Source of the DNA: Vicugna vicugna
Taxonomy: Eukaryota
Direction: 5' to 3'
Assembly: GCA_013265495.1 (NCBI GenBank)
Contig: MU057724.1
Coordinates: forward strand, 560,001-620,000
DNA length: 60,000 nucleotides
Shown here: piece after piece, positions 23,386 to 35,969 of the stretch
Position numbering within the stretch: position 1 is the stretch's first letter
Layout of the letters: every line of letters begins with the position of its first letter
Made by a program: the position numbers and the translations under genes
The notes under the pieces: model-generated
What the model was told of the DNA's origin: nothing
The model's input: only the letters and a program-made list of their open reading frames with translations
The model's database searches: none

Positions 23386-25244
23386 TGACAAGTGTCGGCA
23401 CACAGTCATCGTCATCATGATCTTACGGCCACGAGTCTGACTGGCCTGACTCCCAAAGAACCATCACTGTGGTCTCAGCTCCGGCCTGGACAGCAGTTCT
23501 GGTGGAATCAAACCAAGGCGGGTGCACTTTCGGGGGAGGAACAGGGTGTGGAAGGAAAGCACATCTACTTGCTTCGCCTTTCCATGCTCATCGTAGACGA
23601 GCGGCAGCTGGGAGGGCCGAGAGCAGCTGGGACCCGGTGCCACACTTAGGGCTTTGCCCGTCCTGAGGGGCTCAGCTGACGTGCTGTGGAGTACTTTCTC
23701 GTCCACATCCCACGTTCCTGTTAACTCTTACTCAAGCCAGATGGGCTGTTCGAAGTCCTTGTAGCTCAGAAATGCCTTTGTCTTCAAAGGTTTTTTAGAC
23801 CATTGGTGGAAGGAGACAGGGCCTGAGTATTTTGAACGTTCGAAGGGAGTCAGCCTCATATATTTACTTTCTTCAACGAGACAGATCTGCTAACGCGGTT
23901 TTCCGTAGAAACCCATTCCCACAAGAGCTAATATCTTCTCTTTCTCCTGGATGCAAGCAGTTGTGCGTTCAATAAAGTAAAAACGAGATTTTCACAGAGT
24001 GAGCCGCTCCATGAATGACCTCCCTTGTCCAGGGGGCTGTAGGCACGAAGCCCCCCGACCCTGAGCTCTGGGGCCTGGAGGAGCAGGAGGGCTGGGGTGG
24101 GTGTCTGCGACAAGAGGGGCTGGCGTCACCCCTCAAGGCACACCTGAGCGGCTGTGAAACGTCCAGCGCTCACCTGTGGTCAGAGGACAGCAGGTGGGTT
24201 TCACCGGCAAGTCCCAGTGGCTGGGGACGCGGGAACCTGGGGACTTGAACCACGGGTGGGGGTGGGGGCGGGTCCAAGAGAAACTGAGGACTGTTGTCAG
24301 TTTAGTTAAGGTCCAGTGGGGGGTTGGGAGTTTCCCCCTAAACGGCTTCCCCAGTGACGCTGAGGCTGCGAGCTGGGTGTTTTCTCAGGGTTTCGCTCTC
24401 CTTTCTTAAAAGCAGGATGAGCTGAGGGGCCGGAAGTGTCCGGTGAGTGAGAGCGGTCAGCACAGCCCCTCACATCCTGCCATGGAGGCCCCCGGAGGGA
24501 GAGTCCTCACTCTCCTTCTCCCGAGCACCCACTTCCCCAGAGGTTCCCAGCAGGCAGCGTGTGACCTCAGGGTCGCCCGGCGGAGACCGTGTGCTGCTCC
24601 TGCCCCTGGAGGTGCCTTGGGGTCGGGGCGGGGGCTCTGCGGGACCCCCTGCAGCAGCAGGAGGTGCTGGGCTCCTCCCTGGGGTCTCCTGGAGGCAGCT
24701 TTCCTGACCCTCGGAGCCCGTGTGCTGACTTGACACGGTTTTGCAAAAGCACCCCATGTGCTACCAGGTCAAACTCTGCCAAGACAAGAATTTTTGTTAC
24801 TTTCATCTGCATACACCCTTCGGAGTTTCAGCTGATGAGACAAATCCTGAATTGCCTGATGCAACTCACCTGTTACAAATGTTCTATAATGTGGCAGAAA
24901 TGAAAGAGAACAGAGAATTCCAGTTTGTGTACCTGGATGTGTTTGTATATAAATTCTAATTATTTTAACATTTTTACAACACATTTTTAGAGTGTATTAG
25001 ATATTACACAAAACATACACAATATACAAACACTTGATAAAAAAAAACACATAGTGTCTTGTTTTACCTTAGGGATTAAAGAAAACTACTGTTCTTTTCA
25101 TCTGCTTTGATTCATCTAAAAGGCCTTGTACCCAAGAGCACAAAAGACCCCAGAATCTGAAGCCGAGCCCTCATGAAGCTGGGGTGAGCTCAGCCTCCAA
25201 GTCAGATGCGCTCACCAGCCCCAGTGATGGGCCCAGAGTGAGGA

Positions 25245-25346
25245 CTCCCTCCCCTCTCCTCTCCCTCCTTCCTCCCCCTCCCCCTCTCTCCCCCTCCCCC
25301 CCCTCCGTCTTAAGACTCTCTCCCCCTCCCCCCCTTCCGTATTAAG
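25245..25346. repeat. C/T-rich tract containing a ~32-bp imperfect direct duplication
   Basis: ctctctccccctccc...ctccgtcttaag is followed by ctctctccccctccc...cttccgtattaag. Confidence 0.85.
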
Positions 25347-26139
25347 TTCCCTTTGGAACATCAGCACCTTTCCTGGGCAGAGGGAGGCAGGAAACAGCGG
25401 GGGCCCTGCAGAACCAGAGGGGACGTCTCTGTGGTCCCGCCTTCACTTTCGCTGGGGGACGTGAGCCCTGACGGCACCAGCGTGTCCCCATGCCGTCCAC
25501 GCGCCGCCCTGGCGCCCAGGGTCCAGCGTCTCCAACCCTGGCCGTGAGGTCAGTCTCCCTCAGGCCTGACCTTTGCCGAGAGCACCCGTGCAGCGACCTC
25601 ACGGAGCTGTGAGGACGAGGAGCGAAGAGGCAGAACCCTGGGAAACGGGTCTGCACGAAAGGGTCGGTGCCCCTGCCTTGGTGAGCGGCGGGGGGGTTGT
25701 GCCGTCGTGAAGGAGAAACTGTACCTTTACGCAGAGCCCCAGAGGCTAAGCGTTCTGACGTTTATGGGAAAACGAAGGATCTGAACAAGGAGAAGAGCCG
25801 CCTCCCTGGCCCGGCCGCAGGCGCAGGTGCAGGGGCTCCTCTCCCCCCAGCCCGGAGCCCTGCCTTCTGCACGTCTGTCCGTCCGTCCGTCCGTCCCTGG
25901 GAGCTAACGGCTGACTCTGCGGGACCCCCCCCACATGGGCAGGCTCGCTGCCGAGGAACAGAGCGGGCAGTGGAGCCTTGGGAGCCTTGAAGGGCCCTGG
26001 GGCCTGCCCTCCGGGGCCTGTGACCCCCGGGCCCCAGCTGGGCTTCGCACGGATGAGCACGCTGGCTGTGGGACCAGAAGGCAGCTCTACCCAGAGCCGC
26101 CTGGACCGGCTGCTGACTCTGTCCAAGCTGGGCTCGGTG

Positions 26140-26280
26140 TCAAGACGGCTCAGTGTGGACACCGGCACCAGCTGTGCCACCTGTGGTTGGGCACCTGACC
26201 TCTCTGTGCCTGAGTTCCTTGCCTACGACTGGGCCCGGCGGGTGTACCTGCCCTCTTTGTCCCGTGAGGACTGAAGGAGA
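26140..26280 (+). mobile_element. MIR remnant
   Basis: 'ctgtggttgggcacctgacctctctgtgcctgagttcctt...gtgaggactgaaggaga'. Confidence 0.45.
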
Positions 26281-26609
26281 AGACGCCTGTGTCAGCTGGA
26301 TCCTGGTCTGCAGACCCCGGGGATGCCTGTCGCTGACCTAGGCAGGGAGCGGCCTTGTGGGAAGGCTGAGGCACAGCTGGGGAAGTGGATGCGGAAGGTG
26401 AGTGGAAACGGGGGGCTCGACCCGACGGCCCAGCCTGGCTGGGAGGCTGGAACCCACCGCAGGACTCAGGCCATGTTCTCTGGACCCGCTGACCTGGCGG
26501 AGGGGTCGGACGCAAGGCATCAGGTGTGTGTCGAGGGACAGTGGGGCTCATCCTCCAACTGGGCGAAGACAGTAAGACCCCCGAGGGCACATGACCTCGT
26601 ACCCTCCGG

Positions 26610-26740
26610 CCCCGTGGGGGCTTCACCTTGGTGACCTGGCCATCAGGTTGGCTACTTTCTTGCTGTGCAACCTGTGTCCTCCCCCGTAAAGTCAGGGGAA
26701 CAGGGTCCTCTGCCCCACAGGGTACCTGTGGGCTAAGGGG
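26610..26740 (+). mobile_element. MIR remnant
   Basis: 'gtgacctggc...ctgtgcaacctgtgtcctcccccgtaaagtcaggggaacag...cccacagggt'. Confidence 0.4.
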
Positions 26741-29700
26741 GGACGCCATGGGGCCAGCGGACTGTGCTCTCGGGAGGGGCTCTTCTGGGCCGTGGGCAGT
26801 GGGTGGACCTGCCCGCCCACAGAGGGGAGCTTTCAGGCTGTTCAGGGTCTCCTGATGTGTCAAGTCCATTTGCAAATGGCCTGTTGGAGACACACCAGAA
26901 GGGCTTTGGGATGCTCCCTGGAGACACAGCAGTGGAAACCGGGACACCATGGATGCATCAGGCCTGGGGCTGTGTTGACAGGTTTGAGACACTGACCCTG
27001 ACCGTTGGCAGGAAGCGCTGTTTGCTGCGCTTACCTGAGAGCGAGCCGCGATCCCGGTGGTTTGAACGATCCTGAGCACTGGCTCCCTGGGGCTGGGGGC
27101 CGTCTGCACCCACAGTGGTGTGGGGATGGGGGCGGCCTTGGAGCAGGGGAGCGGTGTTCTTGTCGTGCCAGGGCTGCTGCTCCCCGGGGCGTGGCTGTGG
27201 GGGGGCACTGCTTTCCCGGATGGGCGCTGGGCCCGGATGAACACCCACCTTGGGTGACTACGCACGCATCTCCCGCTCGCAGTGCTGCAACGTTTCAGGG
27301 CCCTAATTAAGTTTTACGAGTAAATGCGTTTGACTGGAGCTCTGTCTGCTGGCGAACCCGGGTCCCAGGGTTCAGGTGTGGTGCTGAGCTGCAGGCCCTC
27401 CCAGGCTCCTTGAACACGCTCGCCCTTTTCAGCATCAAGCAGCTGAGGGAGAAGGCTGGGTGAGAGCCCAGCTGTGCGGCTCACAGGCCCTGGAGCGTGC
27501 ACAGCGGGGCGGGATACCTGCATCCCTAGGACCCAGGGGACCTGTGCTCAGGGCAGCCGGTGTCCACACGCACCCGTTCTGGGAGGTGCTCTGTGGGTTG
27601 GTGTGTCTGGGGGCTGGGCCCCCCATCCCCCGGCAGCTTGGCCCTGTGTCCCTGCGCATCGCTGGGCAGGTTGAGTGAAACCCTCCCGCCGACGGCTTCG
27701 TGCCGACACGTTTCACTGCTTCCTCTGCACTGTGAGTGCAGGAAGCGGGCTCTGGGCCTCTGCCTGCCGATGTCAGAAGGAAGGAACTTCACCGAGCTGT
27801 GTTTATAAGTATCTGATGGTCCGGAATGCGCTCTAGAAAGGTCTTTGGGGGAGGGAGAGGAGGCCACCGGTGGCACCATTTTGGGTGGTACCTCGGAGTA
27901 AACGTCCAGGAGGAAACCCTGACACAGACCACGGGCCGAGAGGGGCCAGATGACCGCTTCCTGAGCACGGTGGCTTGGCCCGTGGGGGCTGGGGGAAGCC
28001 GCTCTGAACAGAAGTGCGGGCTCGCCTGGGCTGAGCACTGGGGTCTGTGGACACCTGGGCTTCAGGTGTGCCCTGGGAGCCGCCGTTCGTGCAGGAAAGG
28101 CCGTCTCACTGCGCGGCACAGCTTCTGACCCCACGAAGGAGGCGGCGCCTGGGTGGGTAGAAAGAAGCCCCCGTTGTTTTCTCTCTGACGTGAAAACACG
28201 TCTGATCTCTGTCCATTCTAGTTGTACAGCAGGGTGGTGGACACGGCCCCCGGGCCTGGTCTGTGCTCTGCGCGCTTGGAGGAAAGCCGGGCTGAGGGCA
28301 ACAGAGAGCCTTCCTCGTCCACAGCCCGGCCGCTTCCCCAGGGTCTGGGCAGTTAGATTCTGGTTGACACGGACTCACTTCTCGGCAGGCTCGCTCAGCA
28401 AGTGGCTTTCGCGTCTCTGGGCTTTCTCGGAGGGGGCCTTTCAGAGCAGCAGAAGATGCTGCCCTGGGCCAATCCCAGCCCCGGAGGAGGCTCTGGGGAG
28501 GGGTCCCTGGGCCTGCCTTCCAGCTCCATTTCCTATTCTTCTGTTTGGCAGCACAGAGGACTTAGGAGTGAAAATCCAAAGCTGGTTGCTTTCGAATACA
28601 GAGAACCCAGAACACGCTGGCTGTGGACATCCACGCTCAGGAGCAAATGCTCTCTACATCCTGAGATACCGAACCCCCGTCAGGTCTTCAAGCTCCAGGG
28701 GCGTCTCCCCTGCCGTCAGAGTCTGAGCGCCGAGCGTTCTTCTTGAATGAGACAGCGTTGTTAAGAATATCGCTGGGTTTACAAACACCTGCTCACCCGC
28801 CCACATCCTGCGTGCAGATACAAGTGGAGTTTCCAGCAAGTACAGGTCGATTTCTCAATAGCTTCGACAGGTAAAAACTGGCAGCATTTCCTGGCATAGT
28901 ACGCACCCTAATTGTCCTTCTAGCCGATGCCTGCTCCGGGCGGGTTTACGGTAAAGCCGCCTGTGATCGTCCAGCTGTGAGGCATCCAGTGGCCTTGCTT
29001 CTTAAGCTGGGTGGCTGCACAGACCCCACAGCGGGGGTCCGAGGGTCGCAAGCCCTCGGAGGAGGCCCTCCCTGGCTGGGCGTTGGCTCCCAGCACCGTG
29101 GGCAGAACAGGTGTATGAAAATGTGACTCTTACTCCCAGGAGACGGCGCCTGGGGACCTGCAGGTCCCAGCGTGCAGCACTGAGGTGTAAGATTCCGAAG
29201 GTTTGGGTTCAGTTCAGATAAGCACCCACACGCTTGGGTCTTGAGTTGGAACCTGCCTGAAACGTCTCAAACAGCCTGTCAGATTGGGCTGGAAATCTTG
29301 CAGGAGCTCCGTTTCTCCCGAGGGTTTGGCACTTCTGTAAGAGCCAGCCCGGAGTCGCCTTTCCAAGCCTGCGTCCAACATGTAAACGTGAGGAAGCAGC
29401 TGTCTCACTTTCCATTGTTTTGTGTTAAAGGCTGTGCTGATCAGCGTGTCTGACTTGGCTTCCTGGAGCGTCCGCATCTCAGGGCAGCGCGGGGCGGGGT
29501 TGGCGCTCCGTCTGTTGGGCGTGGAGCTTGGGCCAGGCGGTGGGACCCGGCCTTCCCAGAGCACCGCTCGGGGTATTACGGAGCGGGGCGGGGAGGGAGG
29601 GCTACAGAGGGAGGGGGACGATCACAGCTGCCCTGAAGGACAAAGCCGGTGATTCCCCCGGGAAGAGAGGCCCCATGCTTGGCCTGCCGCTGCCGAGTCT

Positions 29701-32700
29701 GTCCCTGGGAGCAGCTCTTGCAGGAACCGCACAGACAGGAGCTCCCCGAGGAGAGGCCTGTGCCGCCCTGCCTTGCTCTGCCCCGTGGTGGAGCCAGATG
29801 GTGTTGCAAGTCAGCCCCCTCGTCAGCTCCCTGTCCTGGCCGGCCCCCAGTTCCAGAGTCGGCGGGACTGGCCCCAAGTCCTCCAGCCGTGCCCTTCCAC
29901 ACTCACTTCCATGCAGCGTCCGAGGCCGTGTTGGACCGTGACCGCCCCTGGTCTGGTCCTTCTGAGGTGCTCGTGGAGGGGGCCTGGCGACTCTGGAGGG
30001 AGGCAGGTGGCTGGGCCACGTCTGTCCTGCACGGGGTTGGGGGGCCTGCCCGGTCTAGGGGGCCCGGGGTGGAGCCCAGGGTTTGCGGGCAGAGCTGCTG
30101 CTCCAGTTCAGGGACAAGTGACCCCACCCTCCTCCTCGGGGGACACTGGGCTCCCTGTGGTCCTGGGCCCCTGGCTGCCGAGACAAGGAGGACTCAGGAG
30201 GAATGTCCCAGCTGTGCACAGGGTTGATGTCTGAAGCCAGCGATCTGGGGCGTTGGAAGTATCTGAAGAGAAGGTCACAGCCTGGACGGTAACCCCGGCC
30301 GTCAGCTGCACCTGGCCGCCCGTGTCCACACTGAGCCTGGGACGACCGCTGTCCCCACACGCCCCTTCCCGCTCTGGCCTGACTGCCACGGGCGGCAGGA
30401 TTTCAGAGCTTTGCGAGTGAGAATTAATAGCAGCTTGTAGCAGGGGGCTGGGGACAGGGTGACTGAGGACAGGAGGGGACTGGGTAGTGGAGGGGCAGAG
30501 GACGGGCTGGGATGGAGGCCCCCGAACATGGAAGTGGCTTGTGTGCACTTGTGCGCACAGTGTGATTTTTCAGGATTCACAGGGACACGAGATGGACCCA
30601 CCGAACACTGTCTGATGCAAACCCCAGAGGTACAATGGGGAAGCATGTTCAGTAATGAACGTTCCTTTTCTAGGCTTGGCTGGGGCTGGAGACGGTGGCC
30701 GGGGCATTGGAGCCTCCTAAGCTTGAGGCCTGGTGGCAGTGCCCAGGCTTGGCCCCCTGGGGACACTGGGACTGGACTCAGGGGACCGTCCGGGTTCCCT
30801 GGACTTGTCTGCCCTGCGGAGGGGCTGAGCCACCGCAGAGCCGGGAAAGCGCCGCTCTGAGTCCCTGGATTAAAATGGCCGAGTTGCTCGGGGCTCCGGG
30901 GGGCTCGGCCCCGCCCCCACTGCTGCTAAAGCCTTGGCTGTTTTCCTTCACGCGAGGGCTGCGCTGAGGCCCCTGGGGGGCCTCGCTGCTTCTCGCCGGC
31001 GTGCAGACCCAGGACAGCATCTCGTGTTTACCGTTGTTGAATTTTTCTCAGCGAAGCTGAAGAAATACATCAAGAGGGTTTGTTCTCAGGGGGCTGGGTT
31101 CAGACCTTTCACAACACATAAATAATTGTCCTGAACACAAGCCACTTACTCTGCGTCTTCTTGGTTTATGAAGAATTTCCCTTATTGAATGTTGATAAAA
31201 TGACTAACCCTCAGTGTGGGGCTCCGTGCCCAAGCCTGGATTCTTGAGCCAACCTCTGGCGTCGGTGTGGAGAAAATGCCCTTCGACGTGGTGCCAAGAT
31301 CTCACTGAGGCCCCCGCGCGCCCACCCAGGCCCTTGGCGCCCGTGGCATATGCTCCAGTCTGGTCCCTGAACGTGGGTCACGGCCATGTGAACGTAGAGC
31401 TTGAATTTGCACGCCAGGGGGACCCTAATAAATCATGAAGTCATGAATTACTTTCTCTTGGAGCATCTTAATCCAGATCTTTTAAACTTACTGGCCATTC
31501 AGTCTCTAACCCGGAGCTTCTGTGAGCTTTTCAAACATAACATCATACTTTCTGGAAAAGGGCTTATGCACGGCCACTCTGACCTCCCGCGTCTGGCATC
31601 TCCGAATGCCGAGGCCGCCCGGGGAGCGGGGTCTCTCCGTTAGAGGCAGGCTGGCTCCCCTGGAAGTCGCATGTTCTCTCTGACAGCCTGGGGTGTCTCC
31701 GCGAGTCAGTAATTTAGCATAAGTTGTGATTTAATTTAACAGTGTTGCTCTTGGCCGCCCTGCCCGCACAAAACGAACGTTTTCTGAGCTCGCAAATAAA
31801 ATCGGGGGCGATTTCCTCTCGGTCTTATTTCCATGACATTTCAGACTCAGGTCTGGCACCACGGAGTGTGTGCCAAAACGCAGCGCTCTGGCCACGAGGA
31901 AACCCGGGAGGTGCTGCTAAGCACTCGGCATCCACAGGCTCCAGGTTTTGATCAGCCTCCTATTTAAACATGTCTTGGAGCCGGCAGACTTGGTCCTCCT
32001 GTCGCCAACTCCCAGTGTGTCACTGGGCGCTTTTGTGTCCTGCCCTCTGGACACACGGAGCAAATGGCCCCGACCTCCAGGGCCGGTCGGCAGCACTGCC
32101 TGGCACACAGTAGGTGTTCGGCGTGGGCAGTCTGACCGCCATGCCACTTACGCCTGGTCCTTCGTTCCCTCCACGTGGTCCCCCAGACTTAAGAAACTGC
32201 TCCTTACATGTCAGCCCCGCTGTGCTCTCAGTCGGTGGACTTTTTCTCCCAACAGAGGGGAGAATGGGGCAGCTGGGTCCTGAGGGCTGGCTGATGCCAG
32301 GAGGAGCGCAGAGCTGGGTCCGGCAGGGTTTACTGACCGGCTGCCGAGCAGAGGCCCTGCCCCTGGTGTCACAGCTCGGGAAGCTGGGGCGGGCTTTGTA
32401 GCCTGTTTGCTTGGCTGCCTGATCTACGGACCAGAAGCCGGCCCACAGTGGGAGAAGTGGAGATGCCCGACCCCCGATTTCATGGGGAGGAAGGGGCTCA
32501 AAGGCTCGGGGAGACTGGGGTGTTGGAGGGGGTCTGTCCCGAGAGACCCCGGGAAGGTCCAGTCCAGAGACACGCCTTTCTGCACAGCAGTGAGGGATGT
32601 GTCTGTGGGAGCCCAGCACCCTTGGAAGCCCTGTGACGGCTCTTCTCTGAGGTGAAGTCCCAGTTGGAGAACCAAACGCAAAGGGGTGATTGGGTCTGGG

Positions 32701-33229
32701 CTGGGGGTGCTGAGGGGAGACGCTCGCCCACCAGCGGCAAGGTGGCACTTTACCTCTCAGGGCAGCGCCGAGGCTGCGTTCCCACAGACCTGGAAACCAG
32801 CAGGTGGGGACTACTGGATTCTCACCTGATCCCTGTACGCGGAAGAGTTCTCAGTCTCGTGAACACGGGTCTAACCTGAACCGTCACTTCTCAGACCTGA
32901 GCCCGTGCATGGACCCAGGGCCCCTGGAGGGGAGGAGAAGTGAGGACCCCCAAGAAGGGGTCTTGGGGCCACCAGCCCCTGGCCGCCCTGCAGACCTGGA
33001 CCCACCCTCCCCCAGTGGGTACCTGGCACTCAGGCCCCTTCTCTGTGCACACAGCCCGTGGGCATCCCTGGAGGACCAATGGGCAGCGGGTCATCCCACC
33101 GGGTCCAGGGGTCGGGCAGTCCCTGCGCGAGCAGCCAGCCCTCCAGGTGGCGCGGGCTTGGGGCCGCTGCACGTGGTCCCTCCCGGCTCTGTGTCCGGCC
33201 CCGCCTCCCCTCTGGCTGGCCCCCACTGC

Positions 33230-33435
33230 ACCAGCGCCCTCTTCTTCTCCTCTTTTCACAGCTTGTGTCGTTGCTGGACAAGCTGTGCACTTTACTTGGT
33301 TACTTTGTTTTTTATTGGGGTCTCACCACAGACTCTACGCTCACAGGGGTCAGAGTTTCTTGTTTTGCTGACCGCTCTGTCCCCCGTCTCCAGACAGTGC
33401 TGGACACTTGGCAGGTATCCACTGTTAAATGAAGG
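33230..33435 (+). mobile_element. LINE-2 3' end
   Basis: 'tgttttgctgaccgctctgtcccccgtctccagacagtgctggacacttggcaggtatcc...gttaaatgaa'. Confidence 0.65.
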
Positions 33436-33529
33436 ATCCTAATTTGTCATGGCCAGGCCTCTCGGCCGGAGACCAAACCCTCCATCCTCTAAGCCTCCAG
33501 AGGAGGCGCCACGTGGCGGTCAGGAAGAC

Positions 33530-34010
33530 AAGAGCGGACGGGAGGTCTGAGGGTGTGGAGGGAAGGGACGCTCGTGCACTGCTGGTGGGCATGGGGATCG
33601 GTGCGGCCGCCGTGGGGGACAGTGTGGAGGGTCGTCAAACAATTAGAAATAGAGCTCCCCTGGATCCAGCGGTCCCACCTCTGGGTATTTACCCAGACGC
33701 AGTGGAAGCAGTAACGTGAAAAGACGCACGCTCTGCGCGTTCACAGCAGCACTGTTTACGACAGCCGAGACGTGGAACAAGCCAAGGACCACAGACGGAC
33801 GGACGCACGCACAACGATGCGGGGTGTGCGCACGGGTCCACGACGGGGCGCTGCCAGTGCAGGACCGGCTGAAAGCTCGCCATCTGAACAACGTGGGTGG
33901 ACCTAGGGGGCGTCACGCGCAGTCAAGGACGTCAGGCAGGGCGAGACAGATGCTGCAGGACAGCCCTCTGTGCAGAATCTAAAAAACCAAGCCAGACCAG
34001 TTGATTGTTA
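33530..34010 (+). mobile_element. L1 ORF2 3' end, strongly GC-shifted
   Basis: Collinear with 14560-15010, e.g. 'aattagaaatagagctccccctggatccagcggtcccacctctgggtatttacccag' and 'ttcacagcagcactgtttacgacagcc'. Confidence 0.85.
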
Positions 34011-34079
34011 ATAAAGTGAATAAAATACGTCCATTCTACCCAAAGCGTGCAAGGCAGTCTCTCTCAAAATCCCAGTGAC

Positions 34080-34445
34080 TATGCAGGGTGAGTAAATGGA
34101 ATGCGGTGTATGCATTTGATGGAATGTTGTCTCGCATAAAGAGAGTGAAATCCTGACATGTGCTCCACGGATGAGCCTTGAAGGAGCTGTCGGGAGAGGT
34201 TCGCTGGACACAAAAGTACAAACATCACGTGATTTCACTTGTAGGAAACACCTAGACGCGACAGACTCAGAGACGGAAAGCAGATGCTGGGGGCTGGGGA
34301 GCAGCGTGGGACAGTGTGGGTTTGGGAAGACGAGCAAGTTCTGGAGATGGAGGGTGGTGATGGCTGCACAGCACTGTGAATACACTTGATGCCCCTGAAC
34401 TGAACGCTCAGAAATGGTTGACATGGCGAGTTTACCACAATTAGA
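34080..34445 (+). mobile_element. Older L1 (L1MB-like) 3' UTR
   Basis: 'gtgaaatcctgacatgtgctccacggatgagccttgaa', 'aagttctggagatggagggtggtgatggctgcacagcactgtgaatacacttgatgcccctgaactg'. Confidence 0.8.
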
Positions 34446-35969
34446 CAGAAATCGGCTTGTCCCCGCCCGGGGATGGCGGGGGCGGTGGTCCACGAGGGGC
34501 CGAGGGCGCATGTGCCTGGCGCAGCCACGGCAGCTTCTGGGAGCCAGTGGCCGTTCTAAATAAAGCAGATTCGCTCAAGGAAAAAAATGAGCTGCAATTG
34601 CAGAAAATTTTCCTGAACACACGATTATTGTATTAAGTTCCCCCGGACCATGAGCTCTTATTACGTGAGTCCTTTGCCCATGTCTGGAACTCTATCTTGT
34701 GGTCAAAAAGGGAAAATTTTGCTAAGACGTTGAGGATATATATTGCATATGGGGAGAAAGAGGCCAATTTTTAAGTGTCTCAAACCACTTGAAAAATCGC
34801 TCTTCCTGACCCTGAGAGAGGCAGGAAGCTCGCAGGGCTCTGGCGGAGGCCCCTCGGCCCAGGGCTCCGCTTCACACTTGGGCCGGAGGACTTTCGGGCA
34901 GGGCCGATGGCGGCCCAGAGGAGGCAGGAGTCCGTGGGGCTGGTGCTCCCTTTGTGAGGCTAATGGCAGGGCCAGCGGAGCCCCCGCTCCGGGACTGGAA
35001 GGGCTGCTCGAGGGAAGGTCTCCAGCTCCGGCTCCTGCAGAGCTCCGTTCCCATGTACTTGCTGGAAACTGTCAGGAAACCACATTCCTTCTGGGTCCCT
35101 GTTGAGCAATGTGATCTCTCCCAGCCGGAATGCTTCCCAGACCACCTCATCAGCAGGCCTGGGAATGGAATGTGACCAGGACGGGTGACTCGCTGGGACT
35201 TGGGGCTCCGTTCCGTGCTGTGTTTGTAAGACAGGAAAGGAAGGAGTTCTCCTCCTGAGAAGAGTGTGTCGCCCCCGGCCTATTTCAAAGGAGTCAAACT
35301 CTAATCCGGGGATGAGGGACACACTTAGAAGACAGTGACATCGATGTCTCTCCGAGGGGCTGGCGTTGGCCTGGAATTTCGGTGGATGCATTTGACGTGC
35401 GTCAGGACGTCCACGGGACACTTCCTGTAACCTCTCTTGGAAACGATGAGACCAAAGGAGATGGACTGTTAGGAAGAGGGAGATGGTGACCCCTTGTTTT
35501 AAAGTTTAGTGGGAGAAGGGGGAGAGGGAGAGAGAAAGAATAATCAGTTTCTGAAAAACGAGGTAGGGGTTTTGACTGTTGTATGATCTTGATGAATGAT
35601 TACTTTATTTTAAACAATGCAGTGAAGCCAGTTTCCGCACTGAGCAAGCAGTCAGGCCTGTCCCACGGCCCCGGCGGGCGATGCCGGGAGGGTCGCTGGG
35701 AGAGGCTCGTGGGCCAGCCTGTGTGTGGTGCTCGTTTGCCTGGGTCGGTGGTGGGTGGCGTGGGGCTGGGTGGGATGGTAGGAGTGACGCATTCAAGGAG
35801 CGGTGGCCTTCAAGGTCAGAGATGCCCCGGACTGTCTTTTGGGGCACGTATTTGATCCAACGTCTGTGTAATGTGAGTTACAGCATGTTTCTCCCTGGAC
35901 CCAAACCTGTAACTGAAACCACGTTAGCTGTTATAGACCCCTAGGCAGCCCCAGGAGACGTGGAGGGAG

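Noticed and set aside
26150..27265. Longest ORF (371 aa, minus strand)
   Set aside because: Pro/Ser/Gly/Arg-rich with no recognisable domain; overlaps MIR remnants; long ORFs are expected at this GC content.
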